DNA of 64,000 nucleotides from Pseudomonadota bacterium (GTDB lineage: Bacteria; Pseudomonadota; Gammaproteobacteria; Burkholderiales; Burkholderiaceae_C). How positions within the stretch are numbered: the stretch's first letter is position 1; each line of letters begins with the position of its first letter. The stretch covers positions 860 to 64,859 of the forward strand of contig JBEBDJ010000111.1 of NCBI GenBank assembly GCA_041157045.1. The letters run 5' to 3'. The notes beneath the pieces are model-generated. The model ran no database searches, was not told where the DNA came from, and saw only the letters and a list, made by a program, of their open reading frames with translations. Positions 1 through 13,887 of this stretch are shown piece after piece. The translations under genes and the position numbers were made by a program.

Positions 1-47
1 ACGGCAAGCGGCCCCAGCGATGCTTGAGGCCCGCGCAGTCGCCGAAA

Positions 48-518
48 TTAGAAGCGGAAGTGCGAGAACGCCTTGTTGGCCTCGGCCATGCGGTGCACTT
101 CATCGCGCTTCTTCATCGCGCCGCCGCGGCCTTCGTTGGCCTCCAGCAGCTCGTTGGCCAGGCGCAGGGCCATGGACTTCTCGCCACGCTTGCGGGCGGC
201 TTCCTTGATCCAGCGCATCGACAGGGCCAGACGGCGCACCGGGCGCACTTCGACCGGCACCTGGTAGTTGGCGCCACCGACGCGGCGGGACTTGACTTCC
301 ACCATCGGCTTGACGTTGTTGATGGCGGTGGTGAACAGCTCGAGCGGGTCCTTGCCCGTCTTTTGCTGCATGGTGTCGAGCGCGCCATAAATGATGCGCT
401 CGGCAACCGCCTTTTTACCGCCTTCCATGATCACGTTCATGAACTTGGAGAGCTCGACATTGCCGAACTTGGGATCCGGCAGAATTTCACGTTTAGGGAC
501 TTCGCGACGACGTGGCAT
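48..518 (-). CDS. rpsG: 30S ribosomal protein S7
   Basis: 156 aa, [19 protein letters not shown]...[16 protein letters not shown]...[15 protein letters not shown]; directly downstream of rpsL. Confidence 0.99.
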   Translation of the reverse strand: MPRRREVPKREILPDPKFGNVELSKFMNVIMEGGKKAVAERIIYGALDTMQQKTGKDPLELFTTAINNVKPMVEVKSRRVGGANYQVPVEVRPVRRLALSMRWIKEAARKRGEKSMALRLANELLEANEGRGGAMKKRDEVHRMAEANKAFSHFRF

Positions 519-686
519 GGTTCACCTCTTTGCTTCAGTTGATGTCTGGACGTCCTGATTTCCCAGACACCCCGCAGATCCATTGGGAATCTGCACTTAC
601 TCGACCCGAACACCGGGTCACTACGTTCGATCAGGCTCGTCTTGAGGACCTGTCGAACACCTGGATTGCAATCTTCAAAAAGCCGA

Positions 687-1064
687 TCAGGCCTTCTTGG
701 GACGCTTGGCACCGTACTTGGAGCGGGCCTGCTTGCGGTCTTTCACGCCTTGCAGATCCAGCGAGCCACGCACGATGTGGTAACGCACACCGGGCAGATC
801 CTTGACACGACCACCGCGCACCAGCACCACCGAGTGCTCTTGCAGGTTGTGGCCTTCGCCGCCGATGTAGGAGATGACCTCGAAGCCGTTGGTCAGGCGC
901 ACCTTGGCGACCTTGCGCAGCGCCGAGTTCGGCTTTTTAGGCGTCGTGGTGTACACGCGGGTGCACACGCCCCGACGCTGGGGGCAGTTCTGCATCGCGG
1001 GGCTCTTGGATTTGGTCTTTTCGACCTCCCGCCCGTGACGCACGAGTTGGTTGATGGTTGGCAT
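687..1064 (-). CDS. rpsL: 30S ribosomal protein S12
   Basis: True start MPTINQLVR at 1064 (ORF track is over-extended); [13 protein letters not shown] and [12 protein letters not shown] signatures. Confidence 0.99.
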   Translation of the reverse strand: MPTINQLVRHGREVEKTKSKSPAMQNCPQRRGVCTRVYTTTPKKPNSALRKVAKVRLTNGFEVISYIGGEGHNLQEHSVVLVRGGRVKDLPGVRYHIVRGSLDLQGVKDRKQARSKYGAKRPKKA

Positions 1065-1200
1065 TGAAAACGTCCCTAAACGTTTGAATAGACAAAAGGA
1101 TCTTCCCCGCTCCAAATGCGGAAAAGCCCACCAGTATAGCGTCAGATGACGGCTTTGGCAAATTCGGGGGTCGGCAGCCCCCCGGGAGCGGGCCGGCGCC

Positions 1201-2397
1201 TTACTTGATCCACAGGCGCATGGCGTCCCAGGCGCGGCCAATCAGCCCCGCCTCTTCGACCGGTTCGAGCACGCGCAGCGGCACGTCCAGCAGCGGCTGG
1301 TCGCCGCGCAGGACCTTGAGGCTGCCCACGGTCTGGCCCTTGCTGAGCGGCGCCACGATGGGGTCGGGGCGCACGATCTGGGTCTTGATCTGACCGGCGC
1401 TGCCGGCCGGCACCGCCACCACCAGGGGCTCGAAGCTGCCGAGCTTGACGGTGTTTTCCTTGCCTTTCCAGACCGGCGGCGTGGCCGCGGCCTGGCCGGG
1501 GCTCAGCAGGCGCACCGCGTCAAACGCGGTAAAGCCCCAGTTGAGCAGCTTCTGGCTTTCGTTGGCGCGCGCGTTCTCGCTGTCGGCGCCCAGCACGATC
1601 GAGAGCAGGCGGCGCGTGCCCACATTGGGGAAGTCGCGCTTGGCGGTGGCGACCAGGCAATAGCCCGCCGCCTGGGTGTGGCCGGTCTTGAGGCCGTCGA
1701 CGCTCGGGTCGCGAAACAGCAGCAGGTTGCGGTTGTTCTCGTTGGCCGCCGGGGTGCCGGGGTAGCGGTACTTCTTGATCGCGTAGTACGACACGTAGTC
1801 GGGAAAGTCGCGCATCAGGCGGGTGGCCAGGATCGACAGATCGCGCGCGGTGGTGGTGTGGCCCGGCTCGGTCAGGCCCTCGGGGTTTTTGTAGCTGGTT
1901 TTTTGCATGCCCAGCGCGCGCGCCTGATCGTTCATCAGCTGCACAAAGCGCTCGACACTGCCGGCCACGCCCTCGGCCAGCGCCACGGTGGCGTCGTTGC
2001 CCGACTGCACGATCATGCCCTTGAGCAGGTCCTCGACGGGCACTTGCATCTTGGGGTCGATGAACATGCGCGACCCCGACATCTTCCAGGCACGCTCGGA
2101 AACGGGGAAGGTCTGCGCCAGCGTGATCTTGCGGGCCCGCAGGGCGTCAAAGACCAGGTAGGCGCTCATCAGCTTGGTCAACGAGGCTGGCTCGACCGGC
2201 ATGTCCGGGTCCTTGGCGGCCAGCACCTGGTTGGCGCTGACATCGAGCAGCAGGTAGGCGCGCGCGGCCACATCGGGTGGGCTGGGCATTTGCGCCAGCG
2301 CGGCTTGGCCAAACAGGCACAGGGCCAGGGCCAGGGCGGCGCCACGGCGCAGGATTCGGGTCATCGGGAGCAAGGTCATGGCAAGCGGCTTGGGCAT
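1201..2397 (-). CDS. D-alanyl-D-alanine carboxypeptidase (PBP5/6, peptidase S11)
   Basis: SxxK (PASLTK), SxN (QSGND) and KTG (GLKTGHT) motifs, signal peptide; exact start uncertain. Confidence 0.93.
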   Translation of the reverse strand: MPKPLAMTLLPMTRILRRGAALALALCLFGQAALAQMPSPPDVAARAYLLLDVSANQVLAAKDPDMPVEPASLTKLMSAYLVFDALRARKITLAQTFPVSERAWKMSGSRMFIDPKMQVPVEDLLKGMIVQSGNDATVALAEGVAGSVERFVQLMNDQARALGMQKTSYKNPEGLTEPGHTTTARDLSILATRLMRDFPDYVSYYAIKKYRYPGTPAANENNRNLLLFRDPSVDGLKTGHTQAAGYCLVATAKRDFPNVGTRRLLSIVLGADSENARANESQKLLNWGFTAFDAVRLLSPGQAAATPPVWKGKENTVKLGSFEPLVVAVPAGSAGQIKTQIVRPDPIVAPLSKGQTVGSLKVLRGDQPLLDVPLRVLEPVEEAGLIGRAWDAMRLWIK

Positions 2398-2406
2398 CGT
2401 TGCCCA

Positions 2407-3036
2407 TCAAGAGAGGTGTTGCAGGGCCAGCCGGCGCAACAGCGGCAGCTGCCCATGGAAGAAATGCTCGACGCCGGGGATCACGGTCACCGGCAGGTGC
2501 TGCGGCCGCGCCCAGTCCAGCACGCTGGCCAGGGGCACGGTCTCGTCCTGCTCGCCGTGCAGCACCAGGGTGCGCGGCTGCAGTTCGGGGTCGATCGGGG
2601 CCACCGCAAACCGGGAGGCGGCGGTGCCGACCAGGATCAGGCGTTCGGGCATGCGGCCAGCGGCCACCAGGCGCTGGGCCACATGGCTGGCCACATGGGC
2701 GCCAAAGGAAAAACCGGCCACCACCACCGGGCCGTCGCCTGCGCAGGCGGCCAGCACGGCCATGGCATCGTCGATCTCGCCGCGCCCCTCGTCGTACTGC
2801 CCGGCCGATGAGCCCACGCCCCGAAAATTCCAGCGCAGCGCGACCCAGCCGGCCTGCACCGCCGCACGCGCCAGGGTCTGCACCACCTTGTTGTCCATGG
2901 TGCCGCCAAACAGCGGGTGGGGATGGGCGATGACGGCCACGCCGCGCACGGGCGTGCCCGGCGCGGGCCGATCGCGCAGCGCTTGCAGGGGGCCGCAGGG
3001 GCCCGCCAAGGTAAGGGCTTCGGTGGCCGCGTTCAT
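2407..3036 (-). CDS. alpha/beta hydrolase
   Basis: HPHPLFGGTMDNK, NFRGVG, GFSFG nucleophile elbow, GEQD and HFF. Confidence 0.9.
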   Translation of the reverse strand: MNAATEALTLAGPCGPLQALRDRPAPGTPVRGVAVIAHPHPLFGGTMDNKVVQTLARAAVQAGWVALRWNFRGVGSSAGQYDEGRGEIDDAMAVLAACAGDGPVVVAGFSFGAHVASHVAQRLVAAGRMPERLILVGTAASRFAVAPIDPELQPRTLVLHGEQDETVPLASVLDWARPQHLPVTVIPGVEHFFHGQLPLLRRLALQHLS

Positions 3037-3049
3037 GCGAGGCCGGTGC

Positions 3050-6284
<3,235 letters not shown>

Positions 6285-6294
6285 GGCTCGCGCC

Positions 6295-7413
6295 ATGCGG
6301 GTGCTGTGCGTTGCAGGCCACCGGGTCGAGGCCGGCACCGCGCTGCCCACGCAGCTGCCCGAGGGAGGCTTTGTCTGGATCGCCTGCTCGCGCAGCGCTT
6401 TTGCGCAGGAAACCGCGCGGGTGCAGGCCGCGCTGGAGCAGCTGTGCGGTCAATCGCTGGTGGATCTGCACGTCTCGGACCTGCTCAACGACCAGCTGCC
6501 CTCGCACTTTGACTACAGCGCGCAGTACGACCTGCTGGTGTTCCGTCGCCTGGCGCAGGCCAGTGGCAGTGCGCCGCCCGTGACGCCGGCCCCGGCCGCT
6601 GGCAAGCGCCCCGGCCCACCCGTCTTGCAACGCATCGACACCCGCCCGGTGGGCTTTGCGGTGTTTGACCGCGTGCTGCTGAGCGTGCACCCGGACGACT
6701 GCGCCGTGCGCGAGGCCTATGCCGCGCGGCTGCTGGCCGCCGCAGGTGCGGCCAGCGCCGAGCCCGACCTGCGCTCGACCGGCGCGCGCGGGGTGCCGCG
6801 CAGCCCGGCCGACATGATGCTGCGCATCATCAGCCAGATGGTCGACGGCTACCTGGACCTGCGCCGCGAGCTGGGCCAGCAGCTGGGCCACTGGCAGACC
6901 GAGCTGCTCAACCCAACGGCGCGGTTTTCGCGCTGGGAGGCCTTGCTGCATGCGCGCGGCGCGTTGCACCAGCTCGAGGCCTTGTGCGAAGACCAGCGCA
7001 CCGCGCTGCAGGGCTGGACCGAATCGCTGGAGGCCTGGGCCGCCAACGAGGCGGCGGTCGATGCGCCGCAACTCGACCTGCTGAAGATCCGCAGCCGCGA
7101 TGTGCTCGAGCACATCGACCGCGTGGTCCAGCATGTGCGGCGGCTCGAGCACAGCACCGAGACGGCGGTGCAGATGCACTTCAATGTGCAGAGCAACCGC
7201 ACCAACGACATCATGCGCACGCTGACCGCGCTGACGGCGATTTTTCTGCCGCTCAATCTGGTGGCCGGTATCTTTGGCATGAACTTCGAGTTCATGCCCT
7301 GGCTGCACACCGCCAGCGCCTTCTGGTGGACGCTGGGCGGCATGGCCGCCATGGCGCTGGGCTTGGGCCTGGTGTTCTGGCGCAAGCGCTACCTGGCGCA
7401 GCAAGGCCGATAG
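6295..7413 (+). CDS. CorA-family Mg2+/Co2+ transporter
   Basis: C-terminal FLPLNLVAGIFGMNFEFMP (GMN motif) plus two TM helices. Confidence 0.9.
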   Translation: MRVLCVAGHRVEAGTALPTQLPEGGFVWIACSRSAFAQETARVQAALEQLCGQSLVDLHVSDLLNDQLPSHFDYSAQYDLLVFRRLAQASGSAPPVTPAPAAGKRPGPPVLQRIDTRPVGFAVFDRVLLSVHPDDCAVREAYAARLLAAAGAASAEPDLRSTGARGVPRSPADMMLRIISQMVDGYLDLRRELGQQLGHWQTELLNPTARFSRWEALLHARGALHQLEALCEDQRTALQGWTESLEAWAANEAAVDAPQLDLLKIRSRDVLEHIDRVVQHVRRLEHSTETAVQMHFNVQSNRTNDIMRTLTALTAIFLPLNLVAGIFGMNFEFMPWLHTASAFWWTLGGMAAMALGLGLVFWRKRYLAQQGR

Positions 7414-7431
7414 GCCCGCTGGCGCGCCGGC

Positions 7432-8121
7432 TCAGAGGTGGCGCGCAAAAAAGGCCAGCGTGCGCTCGCGCGCCAGCTGCGCCGACGGCGCATGCCAGGC
7501 GGCGCGCTGGTCGCAATTGAAGCCGTGGTTGGCGCCGTACACCTCGACCTGGATGCCCGGGTGGCGCGCGCGCAGGGCGTTGACCCCGTCCAGCGGGATC
7601 CAGTGGTCTTGCGCGGCAAAGTGCGCCAGCACCGGCACCTGGGGGGTGCGCGCGGCCTCGGTCTCGCTGGTGATGCCACCGCCGTAATACGGCACCGCGG
7701 CGCTCAGGCCCTCAAGCAGGCAGGCGCTGCGCCAGGTGAGCAGGCCACCCCAGCAATAGCCCACGATGCCCACCTTGCCGCCGCTCTCGCGCGCGGCATG
7801 GTCGATCGCCGCCTGGATGTCTTGCAGCACGCCGGGGGCGGGCAAGGCCTCGGCGGCGCTCTTGAGGCGCATGCCCTCGGCCATGTCGGCCTGCTCGTAG
7901 CCGAGCTGGGCGCCGGCCTGCACGCGCTGGAACATGTCGGGCGCAATCGCCAGATAGCCCGCCTGGGCATAGCCATCGGCGACGTTGCGGATGTGCGCGT
8001 TGACGCCAAAGATCTCCTGGATCACCACCACCGCCCCACGGGGGCTGCCCTGGGCCGGGCGGGCTTCGTAGGCGCCGACGCGGGTGCCGTCGGCGGCGGT
8101 CAATTCGATCATGCGTGACAT
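7432..8121 (-). CDS. dienelactone hydrolase family protein
   Basis: VIQEIFGVN, GYCWGG, ANHGFNC. Confidence 0.92.
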   Translation of the reverse strand: MSRMIELTAADGTRVGAYEARPAQGSPRGAVVVIQEIFGVNAHIRNVADGYAQAGYLAIAPDMFQRVQAGAQLGYEQADMAEGMRLKSAAEALPAPGVLQDIQAAIDHAARESGGKVGIVGYCWGGLLTWRSACLLEGLSAAVPYYGGGITSETEAARTPQVPVLAHFAAQDHWIPLDGVNALRARHPGIQVEVYGANHGFNCDQRAAWHAPSAQLARERTLAFFARHL

Positions 8122-8221
8122 GGGGTTCTCCTGGCTTGGGTTGTAATGGTTGCTGCGGCCCGGGCCGGTGTGGCCCGACGGTTCGGTTTTCGTGATTTTG
8201 TCGAATTTTCAGGAGGCAGAC

Positions 8222-8968
8222 ATGGACAAGGTCGTACTGGTGACAGGGGGCAGCCGGGGCATTGGCGCGGCCACCTGCCGGCTGGCCGCCAAAGCGGGCT
8301 GGGCGGTGGCGGTGAATTACGCGCGGGAGCGCGAGACGGCGCTGGCCCTGGTGCGCGAGATCGAGGCCGCCGGCGGGCGCGCGATCGCGGTCGGCGCCGA
8401 CGTGGCCGACGAGGCCCAGGTGCTGGCCATGTTCGCGCAGGTCGATGCGCAGCTGGGGCGCCTGAGCGGTCTGGTCAACAACGCCGGGGTGGTCGATGTG
8501 AGCGCGCGCCTGGACGAGATGACGATGGCGCGCTGGCGCCGCATGTTCGACATCAATGTGCTGGGCAGCATGCTGTGCGCGCGCGAGGCGGTGCGCCGCA
8601 TGAGCACGCGCCATGGGGGCCAGGGCGGCAGCATCGTCAACCTCTCGAGCGCGGCTGCGCGCCTGGGCGCGGGCGGCCAGTATGTGGACTATGCGGCCAG
8701 CAAGGGCGCCATCGACAGCCTGACGATCGGGCTGGCGCGCGAGCTGGGCGCCGAGGGCATCCGCGTCAACGCGGTGCGGCCGGGCCTGATCGAGACCGAC
8801 ATCCACGCCTCGGGCGGGCTGCCCAATCGGGTGCGCGAGCTGCAGCACCTGGTGCCCATGCAGCGCGGCGGCAGCGCCGACGAGGTGGCCGAGGCGATTG
8901 TGTGGCTGCTGGGCGATGCGGCCAGCTACACCACCATGGCCTTGCTGGACGTGAGCGGGGGGCGCTGA
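8222..8968 (+). CDS. short-chain dehydrogenase/reductase
   Basis: TGGSRGIG, NNAG, YAASK; AGGAGG RBS before ATG 8222. Confidence 0.93.
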   Translation: MDKVVLVTGGSRGIGAATCRLAAKAGWAVAVNYARERETALALVREIEAAGGRAIAVGADVADEAQVLAMFAQVDAQLGRLSGLVNNAGVVDVSARLDEMTMARWRRMFDINVLGSMLCAREAVRRMSTRHGGQGGSIVNLSSAAARLGAGGQYVDYAASKGAIDSLTIGLARELGAEGIRVNAVRPGLIETDIHASGGLPNRVRELQHLVPMQRGGSADEVAEAIVWLLGDAASYTTMALLDVSGGR

Positions 8969-9426
8969 TGGACGAGATGCTGTACTGGGAGGACTTTGCG
9001 GTGGGGCAGGCGCGCGATCTGGGCCGCACGCAGGTCTCACGCGAAGAGATCCTGGCCTTTGCGCGCCAATTCGACCCGCAGCCCTTTCATCTGGACGAGG
9101 AGGCCGCACGCGCCTCGGTGTTTGGCGGCCTGAGCGCCAGCGGCTGGCACACCTGCGGCCTGGCCATGCGCCTGATGGTGCAGAACTTTTTGTGCAAGAC
9201 CGCCAGCCTGGGCTCGCCGGGGCTCGACAAGCTGCAGTGGCTCAAGCCGGTGCACCCGGGCGATGAGCTGCACCTGACGCACCGCGTGATCGAAACCCGC
9301 CCCATGCGCTCGCGCCCCGAGGTGGGCCTGGTGCGCACGCACTGGAACATGCACAACCAGCGCGGCGAGCAGGTCCTGCACATGGACGGCTGGAGCATGT
9401 TCAGGCGGCGGCCGGTGCCGGCCTGA
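8968..9426 (+). CDS. MaoC-family dehydratase
   Basis: YWEDF..G, FARQFDPQPFHLD, ASGWHT; TGATG overlap with the SDR gene. Confidence 0.9.
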   Translation: MDEMLYWEDFAVGQARDLGRTQVSREEILAFARQFDPQPFHLDEEAARASVFGGLSASGWHTCGLAMRLMVQNFLCKTASLGSPGLDKLQWLKPVHPGDELHLTHRVIETRPMRSRPEVGLVRTHWNMHNQRGEQVLHMDGWSMFRRRPVPA

Positions 9427-9442
9427 GCGGCCGTGCCCGCCC

Positions 9443-10378
9443 TCAGGGCGCAAACCCCGCCGCCAGGCGCTGGCGCAGGTGGCTGACCAGGGCACTGACG
9501 GCGCGTGGCACCTGCGGGGTATAGGGTCGGATGGCGCTGATGCGGCGGCCAAAGCCGCCGTCCACGCGCCACTCGGGCAGCACCGCCACCAGCGCGCCCT
9601 TGCGCAGCGCCGCCTGGGCGCTGAAATCGGGCAACAGGGCAATGCCCTCGCCCGTCAGCGCCGCCTCGCGCAGGGCCTCGCTGTTGTTGGCCGACAGGCG
9701 GCCCTGCACCGCCAGGTTCAGCGCCGCGCTGGCGCGCCCCTGGCGCGGCGTGAAGGTCCACACCGGCGTCTCTTGCGAGCGCGGATAGTGCAGGCAGTTG
9801 TGCTGCGCCAGCTCGGCCGGGGTCTGGGGGGTGCCGGCGCGGCGCAGATAGGCGCGGGTGGCCACCAGCACCGAATCGGTCTCGCACAAGGTCCAGGCCA
9901 CATGCGTGTCGGGCGCGCGGTCGGCATGCCGGATCGCCAGGTCAAAGCCCTCGGTGGCCAGCGCGCGCAAGCGATCGGACATGTCCAGCTCCAGCCGCAC
10001 CGCCGGGTGCAGGCGCAAAAACTCGGTCAGCAAGGGCATCAGCTGCTGGCGCGCCAGCGCCACCGGGGCCGTCAGGCGCAAGAGGCCGCCAGGCTGCTCG
10101 GCCAGGTCGCGCACGCGCTCAAAGCTCTGCGCGATCTGCTCAAAGGGCTGGCGCACCTCGTCGACCAGGCGCTGGCCGGCCTCGGTCAGGCGCACGCTGC
10201 GGGTGGTGCGCTGCACCAGCGGCACGCGCGCGGCGCGTTCAAGCTCGGCAATGCGCTGGCTCATGGCCGCCTTGCTCACGCCCAGGCGCGCCGCCGCCGC
10301 GGTGAAGCTGCCCTGGCGGGCCAGCTCGGCAAGCCAGTGCAGATGGCTCCACAGCTCGGTGATTTTTTGCTCGTTCAT
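9443..10378 (-). CDS. LysR-family transcriptional regulator
   Basis: GSFTAAAARLGVSKAAMSQRI..LE..LVQRTTRSVRLTEAG; divergent from mmsA. Confidence 0.95.
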   Translation of the reverse strand: MNEQKITELWSHLHWLAELARQGSFTAAAARLGVSKAAMSQRIAELERAARVPLVQRTTRSVRLTEAGQRLVDEVRQPFEQIAQSFERVRDLAEQPGGLLRLTAPVALARQQLMPLLTEFLRLHPAVRLELDMSDRLRALATEGFDLAIRHADRAPDTHVAWTLCETDSVLVATRAYLRRAGTPQTPAELAQHNCLHYPRSQETPVWTFTPRQGRASAALNLAVQGRLSANNSEALREAALTGEGIALLPDFSAQAALRKGALVAVLPEWRVDGGFGRRISAIRPYTPQVPRAVSALVSHLRQRLAAGFAP

Positions 10379-10383
10379 CACTC

Positions 10384-10407
10384 GATTGTTCAACATTCTG
10401 AACAATC
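10384..10407. promoter_or_regulatory. probable LysR operator
   Basis: Perfect 9-bp inverted repeat GATTGTTCA-N6-TGAACAATC containing T-N11-A, between the divergent genes. Confidence 0.7.
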
Positions 10408-10488
10408 AATTCAAGCCCAGCCCCTTGCCGCAGCGCCCGTGCCTTGTCTAGACTGCGGGTTTTGCACATCGCTTCAGGAGCGTCCCCC

Positions 10489-12000
10489 ATGGCCCCCACC
10501 CCCATTGCACACTTCATTGCCGGCCAGCGCAGCGCCGGCACTTCGGGCCGCCAGCAGCCCGTGACCAACCCGGCCACCGGCGCCGTGACCGGCGAGGTGG
10601 CCCTGGCCAGCAGCGCCGAGGTGGACCGCGCGGTGGCCGCCGCGCAGGCCGCCTTCCCGGCCTGGAGCGATCTGCCGCCGCTGCGCCGCGCGCGGGTCAT
10701 GTTCCGCTTTCTGGAGCTGCTGAACCAGCACCGCGACGAGCTGGCGCGCCTGATCACCGCCGAGCACGGCAAGGTCTTCACCGACGCGCAGGGCGAGGTC
10801 ACGCGCGGCATCGAGATCGTGGAGTTCGCCACCGGCATCCCGCAGCTGCTCAAGAGCGGCTTCACCGACCAGGTCTCGACCGGCATCGACAACTGGACGC
10901 TGCGCCAGCCCCTGGGCGTGGTGGCCGGCATCACGCCCTTCAACTTCCCGGTGATGGTGCCGATGTGGATGTTCCCGGTGGCTCTGGCCTGCGGCAACAC
11001 CTTTGTGCTCAAGCCGAGCCCGCTCGACCCCTCGCCGGCGCTGCGCATGGCCGAGCTGCTGCAGCAGGCCGGGCTGCCCGATGGCGTGTTCAATGTGGTG
11101 CAGGGCGACAAGGAAGCGGTGGACGCGCTGCTGGCGCACCCGGATGTGAAGGCGGTGAGCTTTGTGGGCTCGACACCGATTGCCAACCACATCTACGAAA
11201 CCGGCGCGCGCCACGGCAAGCGGGTGCAGGCGCTCGGCGGCGCGAAGAACCACATGGTGGTGATGCCCGACGCCGATCTGGACCAGGCGGTCGATGCCCT
11301 GATCGGCAGCGCCTACGGCTCGGCCGGTGAGCGTTGCATGGCGATCTCGGTGGCGGTGCTGGTGGGCGATGTGGCCGACAAGATCATGCCCCGCCTGATC
11401 GAGCGCACACGCGCCCTGAAGGTGCTCGACGGCATGAACCTGGCCGCCGAGATGGGCCCCATCGTGACCGAGGCGGCACGCCAGCGCATCCGCGGCTACA
11501 TCGACGCGGGGGTGAGCGAAGGCGCGCAGCTGCTGGTCGACGGCCGCGAGTTTGCGGGTCAGCAAGCCGGCGCAGGCTGCGAGCAGGGCTTCTGGCTTGG
11601 CGGCACGCTGTTTGACCATGTCAGCCCCAGCATGAAGATCTACCGCGAGGAAATTTTTGGCCCGGTGCTCTCGTGCGTGCGGGTGCCCGACCTGGCGCAG
11701 GCGGTCCAGCTGATCAACGACCATGAGTTTGGCAACGGGGTCTCGTGCTTCACGCGCGACGGCAACGTGGCGCGCGAGTTTGGCCGCCGCATCCAGGTGG
11801 GCATGGTGGGCATCAACGTGCCGATCCCGGTGCCCATGGCCTGGCACGGTTTTGGCGGCTGGAAGCGCTCGCTGTTTGGCGACATGCACGCCTACGGCGA
11901 AGAGGGCGTGCGCTTCTACACCAAGCAAAAAAGCATCATGCAGCGCTGGCCCGAGAGCATTGGCAAAGGCGCCGAATTTGTGATGCCGACCAGCCAGTAA
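10489..12000 (+). CDS. mmsA: CoA-acylating (methyl)malonate-semialdehyde dehydrogenase
   Basis: [45 protein letters not shown]. Confidence 0.95.
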   Translation: MAPTPIAHFIAGQRSAGTSGRQQPVTNPATGAVTGEVALASSAEVDRAVAAAQAAFPAWSDLPPLRRARVMFRFLELLNQHRDELARLITAEHGKVFTDAQGEVTRGIEIVEFATGIPQLLKSGFTDQVSTGIDNWTLRQPLGVVAGITPFNFPVMVPMWMFPVALACGNTFVLKPSPLDPSPALRMAELLQQAGLPDGVFNVVQGDKEAVDALLAHPDVKAVSFVGSTPIANHIYETGARHGKRVQALGGAKNHMVVMPDADLDQAVDALIGSAYGSAGERCMAISVAVLVGDVADKIMPRLIERTRALKVLDGMNLAAEMGPIVTEAARQRIRGYIDAGVSEGAQLLVDGREFAGQQAGAGCEQGFWLGGTLFDHVSPSMKIYREEIFGPVLSCVRVPDLAQAVQLINDHEFGNGVSCFTRDGNVAREFGRRIQVGMVGINVPIPVPMAWHGFGGWKRSLFGDMHAYGEEGVRFYTKQKSIMQRWPESIGKGAEFVMPTSQ

Positions 12001-12088
12001 GGCGGCCGCGCCGGCCACGTGTGAACCTCTGTCAGGTCCACACGTGGCGCTCGCGTGCACAATCGCGGGCATTGCCACAGGATGCCCC

Positions 12089-13795
12089 ATGAGCGAACCC
12101 ACGTTTGATTACATTGTTGTCGGTGCCGGCACGGCCGGGGCCCTGCTGGCCAATCGCCTGAGCGCCGATGCGCGCCAGCGCGTGCTGCTGATCGAGGCCG
12201 GCCGCAAGGACGACTACCACTGGGTGCACATCCCGGTGGGCTATCTGTACTGCATCGGCAACCCCCGCACCGACTGGCTGTACGAGACCGAACCGGCCGC
12301 CGGGCTCAATGGCCGCCGCCTGCGGTACCCGCGCGGCAAGGTGCTGGGCGGCTGCTCCAGCATCAACGGCATGATCTACATGCGCGGCCAGGCGCGCGAC
12401 TACGACCGCTGGGCCGACGAAACCGGCGACCCGAGCTGGGCCTGGTCGAATGTGCTGCCCTATTTCAAGCTGCACGAGGACCACCACGGCGGGGCCAGCG
12501 ACTTTCACGGCGCGCGCGGTTGCCTGCCGGCGCTGTTCGATCCGGCAGCGCCCGAGGGCAGCCACTGGCACACCCTGCGCGGGCGCAGTGCCGGGGGCGA
12601 GTGGCGCGTGGAGCGCCAGCGGGTGCGCTATGAGGTGCTGGAGGCCTGGGCCCAGGCGGCGCAGCAGGCGGGCATCCCGGCCACCGAGGACTTCAACCGG
12701 GGCGACAACGAGGGCGTGGCCTATTTCGAGGTCAACCAGAAAGCCGGCTGGCGCTGGAACAGCGCCAAGGCCTTTTTGCGCCCCACCTGCTACGGGCGGC
12801 AGAACTTCGAGCTGTGGACCAAGGCGCAGGTCACGCGCCTGCTGATCGAGCCCGGCGCCGATGGCGCGCCGCGCTGCGTGGGCGTGGAGGTCTGGACCGG
12901 TCTGGAGCGGGTGCAGGTGCGCGCGCGCCAGGAGGTGGTGCTCAGCGCGGGCAGCATCGGCTCGGTGCAGCTGCTGGAGCTCTCGGGCATTGGCGACCCG
13001 GCGGTGCTGCAGGCCGCTGGCGTGCCGGTGCAGCATGCGCTGCCCGGCGTGGGCGCCAACCTGCAAGACCACCTGCAAATCCGCGCGGTCTACAAGGTGA
13101 GCGGCACGCGCACCCTCAACACCCTGGCCAACAGCCTGTGGGGCAAGGCGGCCATGGGCCTGGAGTACCTGGCGCGGCGCACCGGCCCGCTGAGCATGTC
13201 GCCCAGCCAGTTGGGCGCCTTCACCCGCAGCGACCCCAGCCAGCCCTGGGCCAACCTGCAATACCATGTGCAGCCGCTCTCGCTGGATGCGTTTGGCGAG
13301 CCGCTGCACCGCTTCCCGGCCATCACCGCCAGCGTGTGCAATCTCAACCCGACCAGCCGCGGCTCGGTGCACATCCGCAGCCCCCGTTTTGAGGACGCGC
13401 CGGCCATCGACCCCAACTACCTCTCGACCGACGAGGACCGCCGGGTGGCCGCGCAAAGCCTGCGCGTGACGCGGCGCATCATGGCGCAGCCGGCGCTGGC
13501 GCGCTTTGCGCCCGAGGAGTTCCGCCCCGGCCCGCAGTACCAAAGCGACGAGGAGTTGGCGCGCCTGGCCGGCGACATTGCCAGCACCATCTTCCATCCG
13601 GTGGGCACCACCCGCATGGGCCGCGCCGACGACCCGATGGCGGTGGTCGACACGCGCATGCGCGTGCGCGGCGTGGCCGGCCTGCGGGTGGTGGACGCCG
13701 GCGTGATGCCCAGCATCACCAGCGGCAACACCAACAGCCCCACGCTGATGCTGGCCGAAAAAGCCGCCGCCTACCTGTCGGAAGACCGAAGCTGA
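12089..13795 (+). CDS. GMC oxidoreductase (choline/3-hydroxypropionate dehydrogenase-like)
   Basis: GAGTAG FAD motif, RGKVLGGCSSINGM, NLQDH, HPVGT, GNTNSP. Confidence 0.92.
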   Translation: MSEPTFDYIVVGAGTAGALLANRLSADARQRVLLIEAGRKDDYHWVHIPVGYLYCIGNPRTDWLYETEPAAGLNGRRLRYPRGKVLGGCSSINGMIYMRGQARDYDRWADETGDPSWAWSNVLPYFKLHEDHHGGASDFHGARGCLPALFDPAAPEGSHWHTLRGRSAGGEWRVERQRVRYEVLEAWAQAAQQAGIPATEDFNRGDNEGVAYFEVNQKAGWRWNSAKAFLRPTCYGRQNFELWTKAQVTRLLIEPGADGAPRCVGVEVWTGLERVQVRARQEVVLSAGSIGSVQLLELSGIGDPAVLQAAGVPVQHALPGVGANLQDHLQIRAVYKVSGTRTLNTLANSLWGKAAMGLEYLARRTGPLSMSPSQLGAFTRSDPSQPWANLQYHVQPLSLDAFGEPLHRFPAITASVCNLNPTSRGSVHIRSPRFEDAPAIDPNYLSTDEDRRVAAQSLRVTRRIMAQPALARFAPEEFRPGPQYQSDEELARLAGDIASTIFHPVGTTRMGRADDPMAVVDTRMRVRGVAGLRVVDAGVMPSITSGNTNSPTLMLAEKAAAYLSEDRS

Positions 13796-13887
13796 ATACC
13801 TTGGGCCTCATGCCCTAGGGTTTTTCCCGGTCGCCGACCGGGAAATCCCTGAGTGGGCGGCCCCGGGCCAGCGCGTAAAGTCCCGGT

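Noticed and set aside
687-1064. Streptomycin-resistance allele of rpsL
   Set aside because: PKKPNS and RVKDLPG carry the wild-type lysines
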